Source: Thecamonas trahens ATCC 50062 (taxonomy: Eukaryota; Protista; Apusomonadida). From it: DNA of 64,000 nucleotides. Shown here piece after piece: positions 22,952 through 35,889 of the stretch (positions are counted from its first letter, which is position 1; each line of letters opens with the position of its first letter). The notes beneath the pieces were generated by a model. The model made no database searches and was not told the origin of the DNA. It worked only from the letters and a program-made list of their open reading frames with translations. The position numbers and the translations under genes were made by a program. Where the stretch lies: contig NW_013657673.1 of the NCBI RefSeq assembly GCF_000142905.1, forward strand, positions 186,001-250,000, read 5' to 3'.

Positions 22952-23317
22952 GTCGCAGGCACCTGGTCAAGTGGACGCCCCCGCCCCGGCGCCCGTCGCC
23001 CGGCGTCCATCGCCCGGCGCCCGGCGTCTGTCGCCGGTCATTGTGTCATTTTTTAGGGTGGGGAAAGGAAGGTGACAATAGCGAGGACCACGACCTATTT
23101 TTCCCCTTGGAAAGACCGTGGACGCTCGTGACGACAGCTGGCAGTGACTCGTGCACGCGGAGCCTGTCCTGGACATACCGGCATACCGCTCTCCTAACCC
23201 CCCTCCCCTAGCCATACCCTATATACCATACACTCGCCCCCCTCACCTCACCCACCACTCTATTATTTCCCTTCCTTCCCTGCCAACACACCGCACGTAC
23301 CGCATCGCAAGACGCCA

Positions 23318-26300
23318 ATGATCAAACTCCCACGACGACTGGCTTTCGTCGCGCTCTTCATAGCCTCGCTCGTCAGCATGAGCGCGGCAGCTATGACTAG
23401 CACCATGTACGGTAGTGAAGTCCAGGTCATTGCATCCTCCGGCGGCAACTGGGTCAATCCAGAGAACGTACTTGAAGGCTACCTTGGAGATGCCAAGTCG
23501 GTGGTGGTTATAGGCTCGACGACCGGAAAGCACACCGACTGGATCTGCGCGTACAATTGGGTGACCAACAGCGCACCGCCCCCCGGCTCTAAGATCGATG
23601 GCGTCGAGATCGTTGCCACTGGCAAAAAGAGCAGCACCGGCTACACGATCAAAGTGTCAGCCCAGCTCCGCAGGAGTCTGGCCGTGCTAGGGTCCAAGAG
23701 CGACTTTGCGACACTCACGACTTACGAGTCTCATCACACGGCTGGTGGCGCAACAGACATGTTGGGCACCAGCCTTAAGCTCACAGAGGTCGACTTTCCA
23801 TTTCTCCAAGCTTGCATCCGCTACACCGGCGCCCAATCGTGTCCGTCATCGTGTTCCCGCGACGTGATGCTCGACCGCATCCGGCTCAAAATCTACTACT
23901 CGGTCGACACAGCAAGATGCACCCCGCCGAGCATGTCAGGTGGGACATGGAACTCGCCATGTGACGGTCCCGTCCAGATCGATCAGCTGTGCCAAGCTGT
24001 TACCTCGAATGGGTACGTGCTCTCCGGATCCGAGTTTGCAACCTGTACAGCTTCCGGCGCCATGTCCCGTGTAGTCACCTTCAACAAGATCGACAACTAC
24101 TGTGCCATTCCGTCGTCGTCGAGTATCAAGTTCGACACACCCTGCACTGGCCGTGTTGACGAGTCTTGCCAGCCGTCGTGTGCATTGGGCTGGAGCGTGG
24201 CCAACACCCATGTGATCACCCGCACATGTCAGCCTTCAACACCGTCGTCAGGTGTGTGGGACACCAATCCATGGACTCCGCAATGCACGACCAAGATTGC
24301 CAGCTACTGCCCTGACATCGAAGCGTCATCGCCAACTCAGTACGGCTCTTATGCCTGCACCGGGCGGCGGCTGGACGACACTTGCACGCTCAGCTGTAAC
24401 TTTGGCTACAGGACCACTGCCGCGTCACCACCTCCCCCGCTCTCGGTCACATGTGTTGCGTCAACGAGCTCTGTCGGAACCTGGAACGATCCATCACTGT
24501 ACGCATGCGAGATCAAGCCCGACTACTGCGCCGATGACATGCCGGGCTCCGGCGTGGTCTCGATGGAGACGGGCTGCGCTCGCACACTCGGCGCCTCTTG
24601 CCGGCCAAAGTGCTTGGCCGGCTATGGCGACCCCAACAGCTACCTTTGCTCCGCTGGCAACGCCGCGTTAGGAACGTGGGGCGGCGGCTCCTCCGCTATA
24701 TGCGGTCTTCTCAACCCGTACTGTGACTCGCGGTTCAACTCGGTGCCGACCAACGGAGCAGCTGTTGTCAAATCTGACGAGCAGCAGATCAACTCGATCC
24801 TCACCCTCACCTGCAACTTCGGGTACGAGGCTGATGCCAATGGCAACACCCGCCAGTGCGGAGCGGGTGGTCAGGACATCAACTCCGGTACCTGGTCGTC
24901 CACAGCGGCGTGGGCTGCGTCCTGAAACCCGGGTACTGCTCGCCGCTGGCACAGGCGTTGTCGCCATCTCCACCCGGTCGCGGGGCTCCGACCGCAGGCT
25001 GTGAGGGCAAGCTCGGCGAGAGCTGCACCTTTATCTGCGATGATGGGTTCGTCGACGTCAGCACACCGCCGTACACCTGTCTGCTCAACGACGCCACAGG
25101 TGTGTGGGATGGCACTCCATTGTGCGACTACAAGAGCAACTACTGCGCCAGCCTTGGCACCACTCCCAACGGCGTTGTTTCGTACGTGCCGACTTCGCGT
25201 CAGTTAGGTACTATTGCCTCGCTTGATTGCGACCATGGGTACGCAACGGTTGGGACTGTGTCCCGGACATGCGACGCGTTGTCGTCGAGCTCCGGGCGCT
25301 GGTCCGGCACGCAGAACTTTGCTTGCGATCTCATCGAGGACTACTGCACCCTCTTTGCAGTCGCCGACTTTACGTACGACCAGGGGTGTGACAACGAGCT
25401 CGGCGACACATGCGCCGTCACGTGCTCGCTCGGCTACGCCAACACCAACGCCGCCTCGTCGCCGTACACCTGTCTTGCCAGCAATGAGACTTCCGGCGTG
25501 TGGTCAGGAGCGCCGTCGTGTGAGCTCATCGACGGCTACTGCAGCACTTTGCCGTCGGTTCCAAACGCCGCGCCTATTGCGTACACGAACAACCGTCGCC
25601 TCGGTGCCACCGCGTCACTCTCGTGCAACACCGGGTACGTCGCAGTCGCCACGCCGGGCACCACCAAAACGTGCCAGGCTGATACCGCGGCGAGCGGCAC
25701 GTGGTCGGGCTCGGGCAACTTTGAATGCGTCAAGATCGTCGAGTACTGCCTTGCGCTTACTGGTGCGGACGGTTCCGAGGACAGCCCGTGCTCACACAAG
25801 GTTGACGAGCTGTGCTTCTTCAACTGCGATGACGGCTACTTTGATACATCGGACCCAGCGGGCTCGGGCTACACCTGCGAAGCGAGCGGCCCAAGCGTTG
25901 GCATGTGGTCGGCGCTGCCAGAGTGCACCACCATCAGCAACTACTGCCCACAGCTACCCGTTCCTGCCAACGCAGCATCGATGGTCAACACGTCCCGTAG
26001 TCTCGGCGGCGTGGCAAGCCTGGTGTGTGCCAACGGCTATCAGCCCGTAGGCGTGACAAGCCGCACGTGCGAGACCAACGGCGAGGTGCAGGGCAAGTGG
26101 TCGGGCAATGTCGATTTTGGGTGTGCCAAGATCCCCGTCTTTTGCACGCTTCCATCTGACATCCACGGCGCTGGTGCGCTAGACGGACCGGTTGGGATTT
26201 CATGCGGCTCTGAAATCGGGGACGAGTGTCACGTCACCTGTGACCCTGGCTACAGGTCACAGGTCCTGGTCAACGCATCGCGGACTTGTGCCGATGTTGG

Positions 26301-29300
26301 GGGCCAGGGTCCCGGCAACGGGGGATGGCTGCCGGCCGCGTTCCCAGTCCCGCTCTGCGTGCCGCTGCCGTGCCGGAACCTCCCGCTGCTGGGTAACGGG
26401 ACGCTTGTGCCACAGTATGGTGCCGTGACTCTCGACACGGTGGATGCGACGTGCAACGAAGGCTACACGCTCGTCGGCGAGGCTGTGCTGGCGTGCGAAG
26501 CCGATCCGCTTGACACCATCTGGTCGGCGTGGTCGGCGCCGGTCCCGTACTGCGAGCCGAACAACTGTACTGCGTCCGAGGTTCCAGTCGACGGGTATGT
26601 GGTGCCGTCGCTGGTGATCTCGACGGACGCATGGGTCTCGTACGGGTGTGATCCGGGCTTTGAGCTGTGGGGCAACACCGCGCGGCGGTGCTTGCCGAGC
26701 GGCGAGCTCTCGGGAACGCTCCCTTCATGTGAGCCTGTGCTCTGTCCGACCAACTTTACGGCGCCCGGCAACGGGACGATGGTGCCCGGGAGCGGCGGGG
26801 CGGTGACGCGCGACTCGGTCACGTTTGCCTGCAACAACGGGTACTTTTTTGTGGGACAGACTGTGCGGACGTGCGAGCAGGGCAACGCGACGGTGCCCAA
26901 TGCGTGGTCGCACTCGGACTACCTCAAGTGCATCGGCCAGCCGTGTTATCCCAAACTCGAGGACCCTATCAACGGGAAAGTCTCGACTCATTTTGGCGAG
27001 TTCCAGGACATCGCCCGCTACGAGTGCAACGCCGGCTATGAGCTTAACGGCAACGTGACTCGGATGTGTGCATCATGGGGTAACTGGACGGTCACACCGC
27101 CGGTCTGCGATCCTCTTCCCTGTCCCACCGTCATTCAGCCGCTGAACCAGGACATGCTGTATTTTGACTCTGACGAGAGCAAGACGGTGCTCGACGGCAT
27201 GACCACCGATCTGCACCACGTCATGTGCAAGGCTGGCTTTGTCTTTTCGCCGGGCGTTCATGAGCTGGCGATGCAGTGTTTGCCTGCGCCCAACAACCCG
27301 GCTTATCCACTGGCCGTCGACTGGTTCCCTCAGCTGCTGACCTGCATCCCGCTCGCCTGCCCGCCGCTGTCCGCACCAGCGAACGGGCAGGTCTCGGCAG
27401 CCGGCGGCGTGACCCGTGACACAGCGACGTATACCTGTGATCCGGGCTACTACATTGCCGAGCGCGGCGACCAGATGGTGTACCAGATGACTGTCACCTG
27501 CCTCCCAGACACCCGGGCTCTCTCGCGATGGTCGGAGCCGCAGCCGCGGTGCGTCAAGATGCCCAACTACTGCCCGTCGGTCGGCCCGGCCGACAACGGG
27601 CAGATCTCGCTCTCGGTCCCGTCGCCTAGCCTCGAGTGGGGCAACGACGAGTGGATCACAGCGTCGGCATGTACCGAAGCACTTGGTGATGGATGCGGCA
27701 AGTTTGTGTGCAACGCCGGGTTCCAGCGAGTCGGTCCGGCAACCATCGAGTGTACCGTTGGCGCCCAGCAGGTCGGGCTCTGGTCGCCGGAGCTGCCGTC
27801 AGCGGCAGAACGGTGTGAGCCGTGCCCCGAGGGTACGTACAAGTCGTTCAGCGCCCGCGACGCAGCCGAGTGGCAATGCATCCCGTGCCCACTCGGCGGG
27901 TACTGCGCCGGCGGTGGGTCGATCCCGATCGCCTCGCCTGGTTGGTGGCAGAATCCGGACACGGGCGGCTTCCTCACTTGTGTCCCGATGACCAACTGTC
28001 TGCAGGGCGCGTGTCGGGGCGGACATCGCGGGTTCAAGTGCGAGCTTTGCGAGAACGGGTGGTACAAGAAGGACGGCACCAACTGCGTGGTTTGTCCGCC
28101 GGCCAAGCAGGTGGTGTACCCGATCCTGATTGTGCTCGCGATCTGTCTCTGTGTGCTTCTGGTCAAGCTCGCGCGCAAGTCGACGCACTACTTTGCGTCG
28201 CTGGCGGTAGGTGCTTCGTTCCTGCAAATGATCTCAATCCTGCCGTCGTTTGGCATCAAGTGGCCGAACTTTGTCAAGTCGTTCTTCAACGTCTTCCAGA
28301 TTCTGGCCCTCAACCTCTCGCAGTTTTTTGAGCCACAGTGCATGGTGGACCAGGGCTCGTCGCCGTTCCTGCTGGTGTGGGCGATCAAGATGTCGCTTCC
28401 GCTCATTTTCAGCGCCATCTTCCTGTTTGGCGGCGGGCTGGCGAGCGTGTACTACCTGATCCGCAAGTGCGTGCCGACCCGGAAACTGGAGCAGTGCTCG
28501 CCGCGGCTGGCGGGCTGGTTCCCGGAGCTGTCGAAGCTGGGACTCAAGGTGGTGCTCTGGTCGTGCCTCAATGCCTTCCTCACCTGCTTGGTCCTCTGCT
28601 ACATTGTGCTTACGTCTGCGGCACTCTCGATTTTCGGATGCACCCGGCAGGCAGACGGGACGCTGACGATGAACGCCGAGCCTGCGATGACATGCAAGAG
28701 CAAGACGTGGAACAACATGGTGGCAGTCTCTGTTGTGGCGTTGCTCCTGTACGGAGTCGGCTTCCCGGCCACGGTGTTCTGGGTTTTGCGGACCCGGCGG
28801 TACTCGCTGTGGAAGGAGAAGAATGTGATCCGGTACGGGCTGCTGTACCAGCGGTATCTCCGCAAGTTTTACCTGTACGAGCTCGTGCTCATTGTGCGCA
28901 AGTTCCTGTTTGTGTTTGGCAAAGCGCTGTTCCCGGGCTCGCCGCAAGCACAGATCATCTGGGCCATGTGCACGGTTCTACTGGGCTCGGGAGTGCAGTA
29001 CGTGCTTGCACCGTTCCGCGACCGGCACATCAACTGGCTGGAGCAGCTGCACCTTGTATCTGCTGCGTTCATTCTCATGCTGGGAGTGGTGTTTGACGCG
29101 ACAGCGTCCTCGATGTCGGAGTCTGGACGGACCACGCTCGGGATCATCATAATCTGCGTCATTGTCATCAACATTGTGGTGATTGGGGTGGCGGTGGGCA
29201 TGGCGCTGCGTGTGCAGTACAAGCTGATGCGACACGGGGTGTCGGGTGGGTACGCGTCGGACGAGCTGCGGGTCATGCCGATTTTCTTTAAGTTTGACAT

Positions 29301-30540
29301 GCGGATTGTGGAGCGGCAGCGGAGGGTCACGCCGCACTCCATCCTGTGGACGCTGGAGCTGACGACAAAGCGGCCACTGCCGCTGGCAACGACGCTGCTG
29401 CGCGACTCGATTGCACTGGGTGCGACGGTGGAGGAGGTCTTGCACAACGTTGAGGGCGAGCCTGAGCGATACGCCCGCGTGGAGCAGAGCGAGGATCTGA
29501 TGACGACGTATGCGTGGTACCTCATCCCGTGCCGGGGAGTGTACTCGGCGCGACTGCTGGTCGACGGCGAGCGGGTGAGCGAGCTGGTGGCTCGGGGGAC
29601 GTACACCGAGGACGAGCAGGCGGCGCTGGAGCAGGCGCTGTCGTCGGAGAACGCCGAACTGGCCAAGTTCCGGGCATCGCGGCAGCGTGACACGCTGGGC
29701 GAGGTCGAGCTGCACGACACAGAGCGGGCCGGGGGCAAAGCTGGGAGCGCCGACGTCGGCATTGTGGTGGACTTTTCGCTGGCGTCCGAGTTTGGCGTCC
29801 GCGAGTTCCAGCAGCTGCACACGCCGACGGCCGAGTACGCGATGCTTGGCGCGATGATGGCGTCGCCGGTGCAGTATGTGCTCGACGCCGGGCGGGCGAC
29901 GCAGTTTGCGGTGAGCGTGCCCAAGGCGTCAGGCTTGTACCTATTTGAGCACGCTGACGGGTTCGGCAGTGAGCTCGGGCGCGAGCGAAGCTACGAGGAG
30001 CTTGCGGAGGAGTTTGATGCCGCGACGGCGATTCCGATGTTCATTTCGAGCACCGAGTACCGGGTGCAGACACTTGTGGTCCGTGAGGGCTTTGTGAGTG
30101 TATGGGCCGAGCTTCGTTCTGAAGAGAGTCTGCAGAACTGGCGCGGACTGGACGTGCAGGCCGAGACGCGGTACGCGCTGCTGACCAAGTTCAAGGTGCT
30201 GCCGCCCGGAGCTGGGATCTCGCAGCTGAGCGAGCTGGAGCAGTTCCGCGACGAGACGTCGCGGCGGCTGGCGCGCGAGGCGGTGTGGTCGGCGCACCTC
30301 GGGACGGTTGTGGAGCAGGACGGTGAGTGTGTTGAGCTGGCGGTGTTTGCGGACGACGGAGCCAGTGCTGTTGAGCGCGTGCAGCAGAAGCAGTTTGATC
30401 CGACGGCGATGTTTGCAAGCAGTGCTGCGCCGAGTCCAGATGCCGGCAGTGATGGGATCGAGCTCGCGCCTGTCGCGCCTGCGGCTGCTCCTCCCGCACC
30501 TCGCGACGCGTCTCCCGCTCCACCTGCGTCGCCAGTGTAG
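23318..30540 (+). CDS. Large Sushi/CCP-repeat surface protein with Cys-rich (GCC2-like) juxtamembrane motifs and multi-pass TM domain; -1 frameshift near 24912
   Basis: Signal peptide; many C..C..GY....C....W...P.C Sushi units; CEPCPEGTYK, CIPCPLGGYC; TM block with IFGC..QADG..EPAMTC and LAPFR. Joined ORFs give ~2400 aa. Confidence 0.85.
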
Positions 30541-30608
30541 AGCAGCAAAGTGAAAACTGTTGCACACTGGGTGGCATTGCCACTTTTCTCGCTTGCTAGT
30601 CATTGGCC

Positions 30609-31530
30609 ATGTCGTCTTCTGGCGAGAGCCCACGGGACGAGTTCAAACGCTCCGACTTTGAGCCGGACGACAAGGAATACAAGACAGTAGCTGCCCTTGC
30701 CATAAGCGTGGTATGTGCACCACATTGTTTGCGGGAGGGAGGGGGGGGGAGGGAGGAGGGGGAAGGGGGAGGGTAGGGTGTGTGGCGGGTTTGGCTTGGC
30801 TGGCCACGGAATGGCAAACGGCCAATGTTGCGATGCGAGGAACGAACCATGGATGAAGCCATGAATTCGTGTCATGGATCATTGGTGATCCAGGTCACGC
30901 GCACAGGGGGTGGGGGGTAGGGAGGGGGGTAGGGAGGGGGGTAGGGAGGGGGATGCGGGTGGAGGTCACTTACAAGGGTGAGGCGGGTGTGGGGTATGGA
31001 TATGGGGTCTGTTTGGTGAGGGACGACAGATTGCGCTCGTGTTGGCGTTTGTGGGCCTGCTCATGTTGCCGGACCTTGGGCGGTTGCGCATTGTGGGCGG
31101 ACTGTCTGTGTCGATTCTGGTGGTGGACGTTGTGGTGTACGTGGTGGCGCTGGGCACCTCGATGCTGACGTACTACTACTCGAACTTTGGATCGTGGGAG
31201 AAGCGGTACTCGGGACTCAAGGTGGCCAAGCATGCGAGCCTTTGCTCTGCGGTCCTTGTCTCGCTGTTCTCGATCTGGCGGCTGCTGACGGTCTTTATCC
31301 ACTGCCAGCGAGCAACGGACGAGCAGCATGCAAGCAACGACGCGGCGTGCTGGGAAAACTTTGACACGATTGTCTCGTCGATCGCCTTCCAGTTTATTGG
31401 CGTCTTTGTGCTCATCCTGTGTCAGTTCGCCATGGCATACCACGCGCACCGGCGGCGCCTCGACATCCACGATGCCTTTGCGGGCGTCTACGCCCGTGAG
31501 CATGGGCTCGAGCCCGTCGGCCCGAACTGA
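30609..31530 (+). CDS. Hypothetical ~200-aa 4-TM protein; exons 30609-30710 and 31030-31530
   Basis: GTATGT donor at 30711 and CAG acceptor at 31029 keep the frame; four hydrophobic segments. Confidence 0.65.
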
Positions 31531-31590
31531 GTTGGAGAGGCAAGGCGGCTGCGCGTCCTGAACCTGTAAACACATGGTGCGCTGCGTGGA

Positions 31591-33198
31591 TCACCGGCGG
31601 AGGAAGCGGTCGGAGCGCGCGCCAATCTTGGTCGAGAGCTCCTTCCGGCCGCGCTGGAAGCCTTCGCGGCGGCCTCGTGCGCCGCCTGTGCCGATCTCGT
31701 CGCCGTAAGCACCGCCTGCGCCGTACGAGGCGGCATGTGGCTCAAGACCTGAGCCTGGGTACGCGCCAGAGGCGCGGCCGCCGTGCGGCTCCAGGCGGCG
31801 GCGGCCAGTCGGCCCGCGGCGATCACCACGCTCGCCTTCACCCGCGAGCGGGTTGGAGCGCGAGTACGCACGGTTCGGCGACGCGCCCGGGTTGTGCTCC
31901 TCGTGCTGGAGTGGATTGAACGACGACTGTGAGGGGTGGCCGTGCCGGCGACGGTTGGGCCGGAACGGCGTTGGCGAGTCGCCCATGCGGCCAAACGGCG
32001 CGTCGATGGCGTACGGGTCGGTCCTCGTCACCTGCGGCGCCGGCGAGCGAGTCGACGAGCGGGAGAGCGAGCGCTGGTACCGCGGCTGTCCACCGGCGCT
32101 GCCACCGCCATTGCGGCCTTGCGCGTGTGCCACTGCGCGGCGATCGGCCTCGTACTGCTTCTGCTGGCGGAAGATCGATTCTTCTTCGGCCTTGAACTGA
32201 GCTTCGATCCGCGCGTTCGAGTTCGGCGAGAGCCGCGGTGGGTAGTTGGTGTTGGCATTGCGCGACGGCTCTGGCGAAAGCCGCGGCGGGTACGCCACGT
32301 CCTCGGCGTGGCCGCGCCCACCGCGTCCACTGCGTGCGCCATGCGCGCTGGCGCCGCCGCCGAAACGGCCCGGCGGTGCGCGTCCTGCGGGTATAGCGCC
32401 CGGATTGGGCTGACCATATCCTCCGCGCTGCTGCTGTGACGGGTTCTGGTGCTGCTGGTGCTGCTGGTGCTGCTGGTGCTGCTGGTGCTGCTGGTGCTGC
32501 TGGTGCTGCTGGTGCTGCTGGTGCTGCTGGTGCTGCTGGCGAGGCGGCGGCTGGCGGTACTGCGCGTACGGGTCATCGTCAACCTGGGGCTGCATGCGCG
32601 AGTGACCGCCGTACGGATCAGCACGCTGCGGCGGTGGCTGCTCACGCATCCGTGGGGGATAGGCGGCAGGCGAGCGCCCAGCCCCGGCTCCGGTCGCGTG
32701 TTGGCGTTGCGGCGGCGCACGGCCGGGGTCGGGCCCGGCTCTGGGCCCAGGCGCTGGTTGGCGGAGCGGTGGCTGCTGGGCCTGGCGCCGTGGCGGGCCA
32801 CGCATGCCGCCGTACTTGTTCGAGAGCGAGTCGTCTGCGCCGCCAATGTTGCGCTCGGCGTCGTCGATGGTGGCGCGCGAGAGGCGCGACGGGTAGGCAA
32901 CAGCCGGGCGGCCACCAGCCTGCTGTGGTTGCGAATAGCCTCCACCGCCATGCGGTGGCCCCTGGTAGCCTCCACCGCCATGCGGTGGCCCCTGGTAGCT
33001 TCCACCACCATGCGGTGGGCCGGCCCGCCGCGGAGGCCCGCCGCCGGCCGAGCCGTTGGCAGCGAGGTCGAGACGAGGGACATGCGAAGGGCGTGGCGGA
33101 TGCGGCGGCGAGGGAGAGGCCGACGTGGAGACCGAGGCCGAGACATTTGGCGGCGAGCTGTAGCTGTAGTGTCCGTAAAGATCAGCGTCCACAGACAT
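31591..33198 (-). CDS. Hypothetical Gly/Pro/Gln/Arg-rich disordered (prion-like) protein
   Basis: 535-aa ORF with GPPHGGGGYQ x3, (QQH)n and recurring YPPR/YPSR motifs. Confidence 0.65.
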   Translation of the reverse strand: MSVDADLYGHYSYSSPPNVSASVSTSASPSPPHPPRPSHVPRLDLAANGSAGGGPPRRAGPPHGGGSYQGPPHGGGGYQGPPHGGGGYSQPQQAGGRPAVAYPSRLSRATIDDAERNIGGADDSLSNKYGGMRGPPRRQAQQPPLRQPAPGPRAGPDPGRAPPQRQHATGAGAGRSPAAYPPRMREQPPPQRADPYGGHSRMQPQVDDDPYAQYRQPPPRQQHQQHQQHQQHQQHQQHQQHQQHQQHQQHQNPSQQQRGGYGQPNPGAIPAGRAPPGRFGGGASAHGARSGRGGRGHAEDVAYPPRLSPEPSRNANTNYPPRLSPNSNARIEAQFKAEEESIFRQQKQYEADRRAVAHAQGRNGGGSAGGQPRYQRSLSRSSTRSPAPQVTRTDPYAIDAPFGRMGDSPTPFRPNRRRHGHPSQSSFNPLQHEEHNPGASPNRAYSRSNPLAGEGERGDRRGPTGRRRLEPHGGRASGAYPGSGLEPHAASYGAGGAYGDEIGTGGARGRREGFQRGRKELSTKIGARSDRFLRR

Positions 33199-33415
33199 GC
33201 TGGCGTGCGGCCTGGCTGCGTGGGGTGTGGCGCCTTGGCCAGCTGTGGGGCCTCGCCTGCAAACTGGTCACGCCGAGTGAACCAACACGGAATGAGCAAA
33301 GAGTTCAACCGGCAAAGTGGGGGGGGGGGGGCTTGGTGCGGACGACGAAGGAAAGGATGGATGTGTGTTAAAAGATGTGTGTTGAGGTGGAAGAGCATGG
33401 GAGCACAGGGCACAG

Positions 33416-34463
33416 TTAGAACTCGTCCGACTCGGCGTAGGCTGCGAGCGGGGCATACGCGCCGCGCGGGTGGTCGGCTGACGGATCAGGGACCGAGGGG
33501 AGATCCTGGATGACCGCCACAGAGGTGCCCGAGAACTCATGGAAGAACGAAAAGTTGAAGGCGAGGATGAGGAGGACGGCCGCCCACTCGCAGAGAGCAA
33601 TCTTGTTAGCGTGCGCGGACCAGCCGAGCGAGGAGAAGATGCCGAGTAGGGCGAGCGAGGTAAAGTTGGCAGCGGCGATGCCCTGCTTGAGCCGAAGTGA
33701 GGCCCGGGTGATGAGATTGACGCTCCGGGCGTGCTGGTCAACCGCCGCCGACAGGAATGCGCACACAAACGCCATGTACACCAGATACAGGACAAAGAAG
33801 ATGACAGCCGACGTGTCGTGAACGTGCGAGCACGCCTTCTCGTTGCACACCGTCAACGTGACGAGAAACACACACGCCACCACCGACAACGCCGTCGCGG
33901 CCTTGTTCTTGACATGCATCACAGAGTCCGTCGGATGCCTGCAAGATCCAGCTGGAGCTGGATGTAATCGTGGAAGCACACCGCCGCGCACATCATCATC
34001 GTCCCCACCATGACAAACACGCCCACGCCCACCGCTGCCTCGGGCACAGACACCAGCAGATCAGAAATCATCGGCACGTGCGGCGGCGGCGCCACATGAC
34101 CCACCGCAAGTGCAATGACTGTATCCGCCGGGGCAACTCGCGATCCGTGAGTCCATCGTCCTCCCCCCCCCCCCCCCCCCCCCCCTTCCATCAACGGCTT
34201 TTTTCCGCCATCCCGCCCACCCGCCAGCCGCACGGCCTTCTTCTTCTCGCCACGGCGGCCATGGCTTCACGGCGGCCACGGGTAGAGCAGCCACAGGACA
34301 GCAGCAGCGTACAGTATGCAGAAAACATGCCTGTCATCTGGAAGATGACTAGACCCTTGAGAATAGCCGGCCCACTGATGCGTGAAGGCACATTGACCGA
34401 CATGCGTGTGGTGAGCATGCCTGACGTGTCACGCGTGCTGCAAAAGCCAAGTGGCAAAACCAT
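33416..34463 (-). CDS. Frag1/DRAM/TMEM150-family membrane protein; intron 34119-34312, -1 frameshift near 33932
   Basis: Spliced FSAYFIALAVGHV...PMISD..PE, then VHDTSAVIFF and ALCEW...FSFFHEF, matching the DRAM pattern. Start codon uncertain. Confidence 0.8.
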
Positions 34464-34580
34464 TCGTGTTCCTTCGATTGAACTCGCTGCCGGCCGAGCC
34501 TCTCAACCCGGCCGGCCGGCTGGCCACTCGCCCAGCCCAGCCACCACTCGTCGCACTCATCGCACACCCGCGAGATAGCC

Positions 34581-35878
34581 ATGGCGACCGAGACGTGGCG
34601 GGCACTGGTGGTGGGTGGGACAGGATTCATCTCTGCACATGTTGTTGAAGCACTGGCTGATGCGGGCTTTGCGTCAGTGACGGCTGTGACACGCGGGCGG
34701 ACGCCGCCGCGCGGTGGGGCCTTCCCCACAGGCGTCACTCATGTCGTCGCCGACCGCGACAAGCCCGGCGCGCTGGAGAAGGTGCTGGAGGGCGGCGAGA
34801 TCGAGCTCATTGTCGATTGTGTGGCGTTTGAAAGGGGCCATGTCTCCCGCGTGGTCGCCGCCTACGCCGCCTCGCCAGCGCTGCAGGCCTCGCTCAAGGC
34901 TTACATCATCATCTCGACAGACTCGGTCTACCAGGTCACCCTTCCGTGGACGAACAAGCAGAGTGCAGACAAGGCATGGGCCAAGGCGACGCGAGCAACG
35001 CGCTGGGTGCCGGGCCCGCCAGAGCCGGCACGCTGCGAGCCGGAGGCGGGATGGAGGCTCGGAGAGCGCTCGCTCCACCGCATCGTCTGGTCGAGGAGGA
35101 TCAGGACGTCCGCCACTCGTCAGCGTCAAAGTCGGCCCGTCGTCGGCTCGATTCGTATGGCGACAAGAAGCTTGATGCCGAGCGCGAGCTCCGCCAAGCT
35201 GCTGCCAACCATGGGTTTCCCTTCATTGCCCTCCGCCTGCCGGACGTCGTCGGCGAGGCCGAGGTCCCCTCGTCGCGCCACTTTTCGATGCAGCGCGCTG
35301 TCGCAGACGGCGAGACTATCGGCCTCGGTATGGACACCCACCTCCCACTTTCGTTTGTGTATGCGCCTGATGTGGCGCGAGTGTGCGTCGCGCTTGCCGG
35401 GGCGCTCGCAAGTCGTGGTAAGGCCAAGGCCAAGGCCAAGGCCAAACGAAAGTCCAAGAGTCGCGACGGCGACCGGCTTCCGCTCATCGGCGAGTCGTTC
35501 AACGTCGGCTCGTACGAGCGGCCAACTCTCCGCGAGTACGTCGAGACCATCGCGGGGGAGCTCGGGCTGAGCAAGTCGCTCAAGTTCAAGCATGGTGGCC
35601 CCGGCACCCATCTTGTCTTTCCGTCGGTCGACATCGGGCCAATTTCCATGACCAAGCTCGTCGCCACGCTTGCCAGCTACGGCGTCGACTACGAGCCGAC
35701 GCCGTTTCCACAGTGGATGGCGTCGACGGTGGCGTGGTACGAGGCGCACCGCGATGAGATGGACTCGTCCAGCTCGAGCTCGAGCTCTGGTTCAGAGTCT
35801 AGCTCCAGCGCGTCCGGCTCGGCGTCAAGCTCCAGCTCGGCATCCGACTCGCTGTCGTCGGCATCGTCGAGCACGTGA
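34581..35878 (+). CDS. Atypical SDR / NAD-dependent epimerase-dehydratase family; -1 frameshift between about 34945 and 35090
   Basis: VVGGTGFIS Rossmann motif, IISTDSVY, YGDKK (YxxxK), LRLPDVVG, FVYAPDVA, ESFNVG. Confidence 0.85.
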
Positions 35879-35889
35879 TGATGAGCTTG

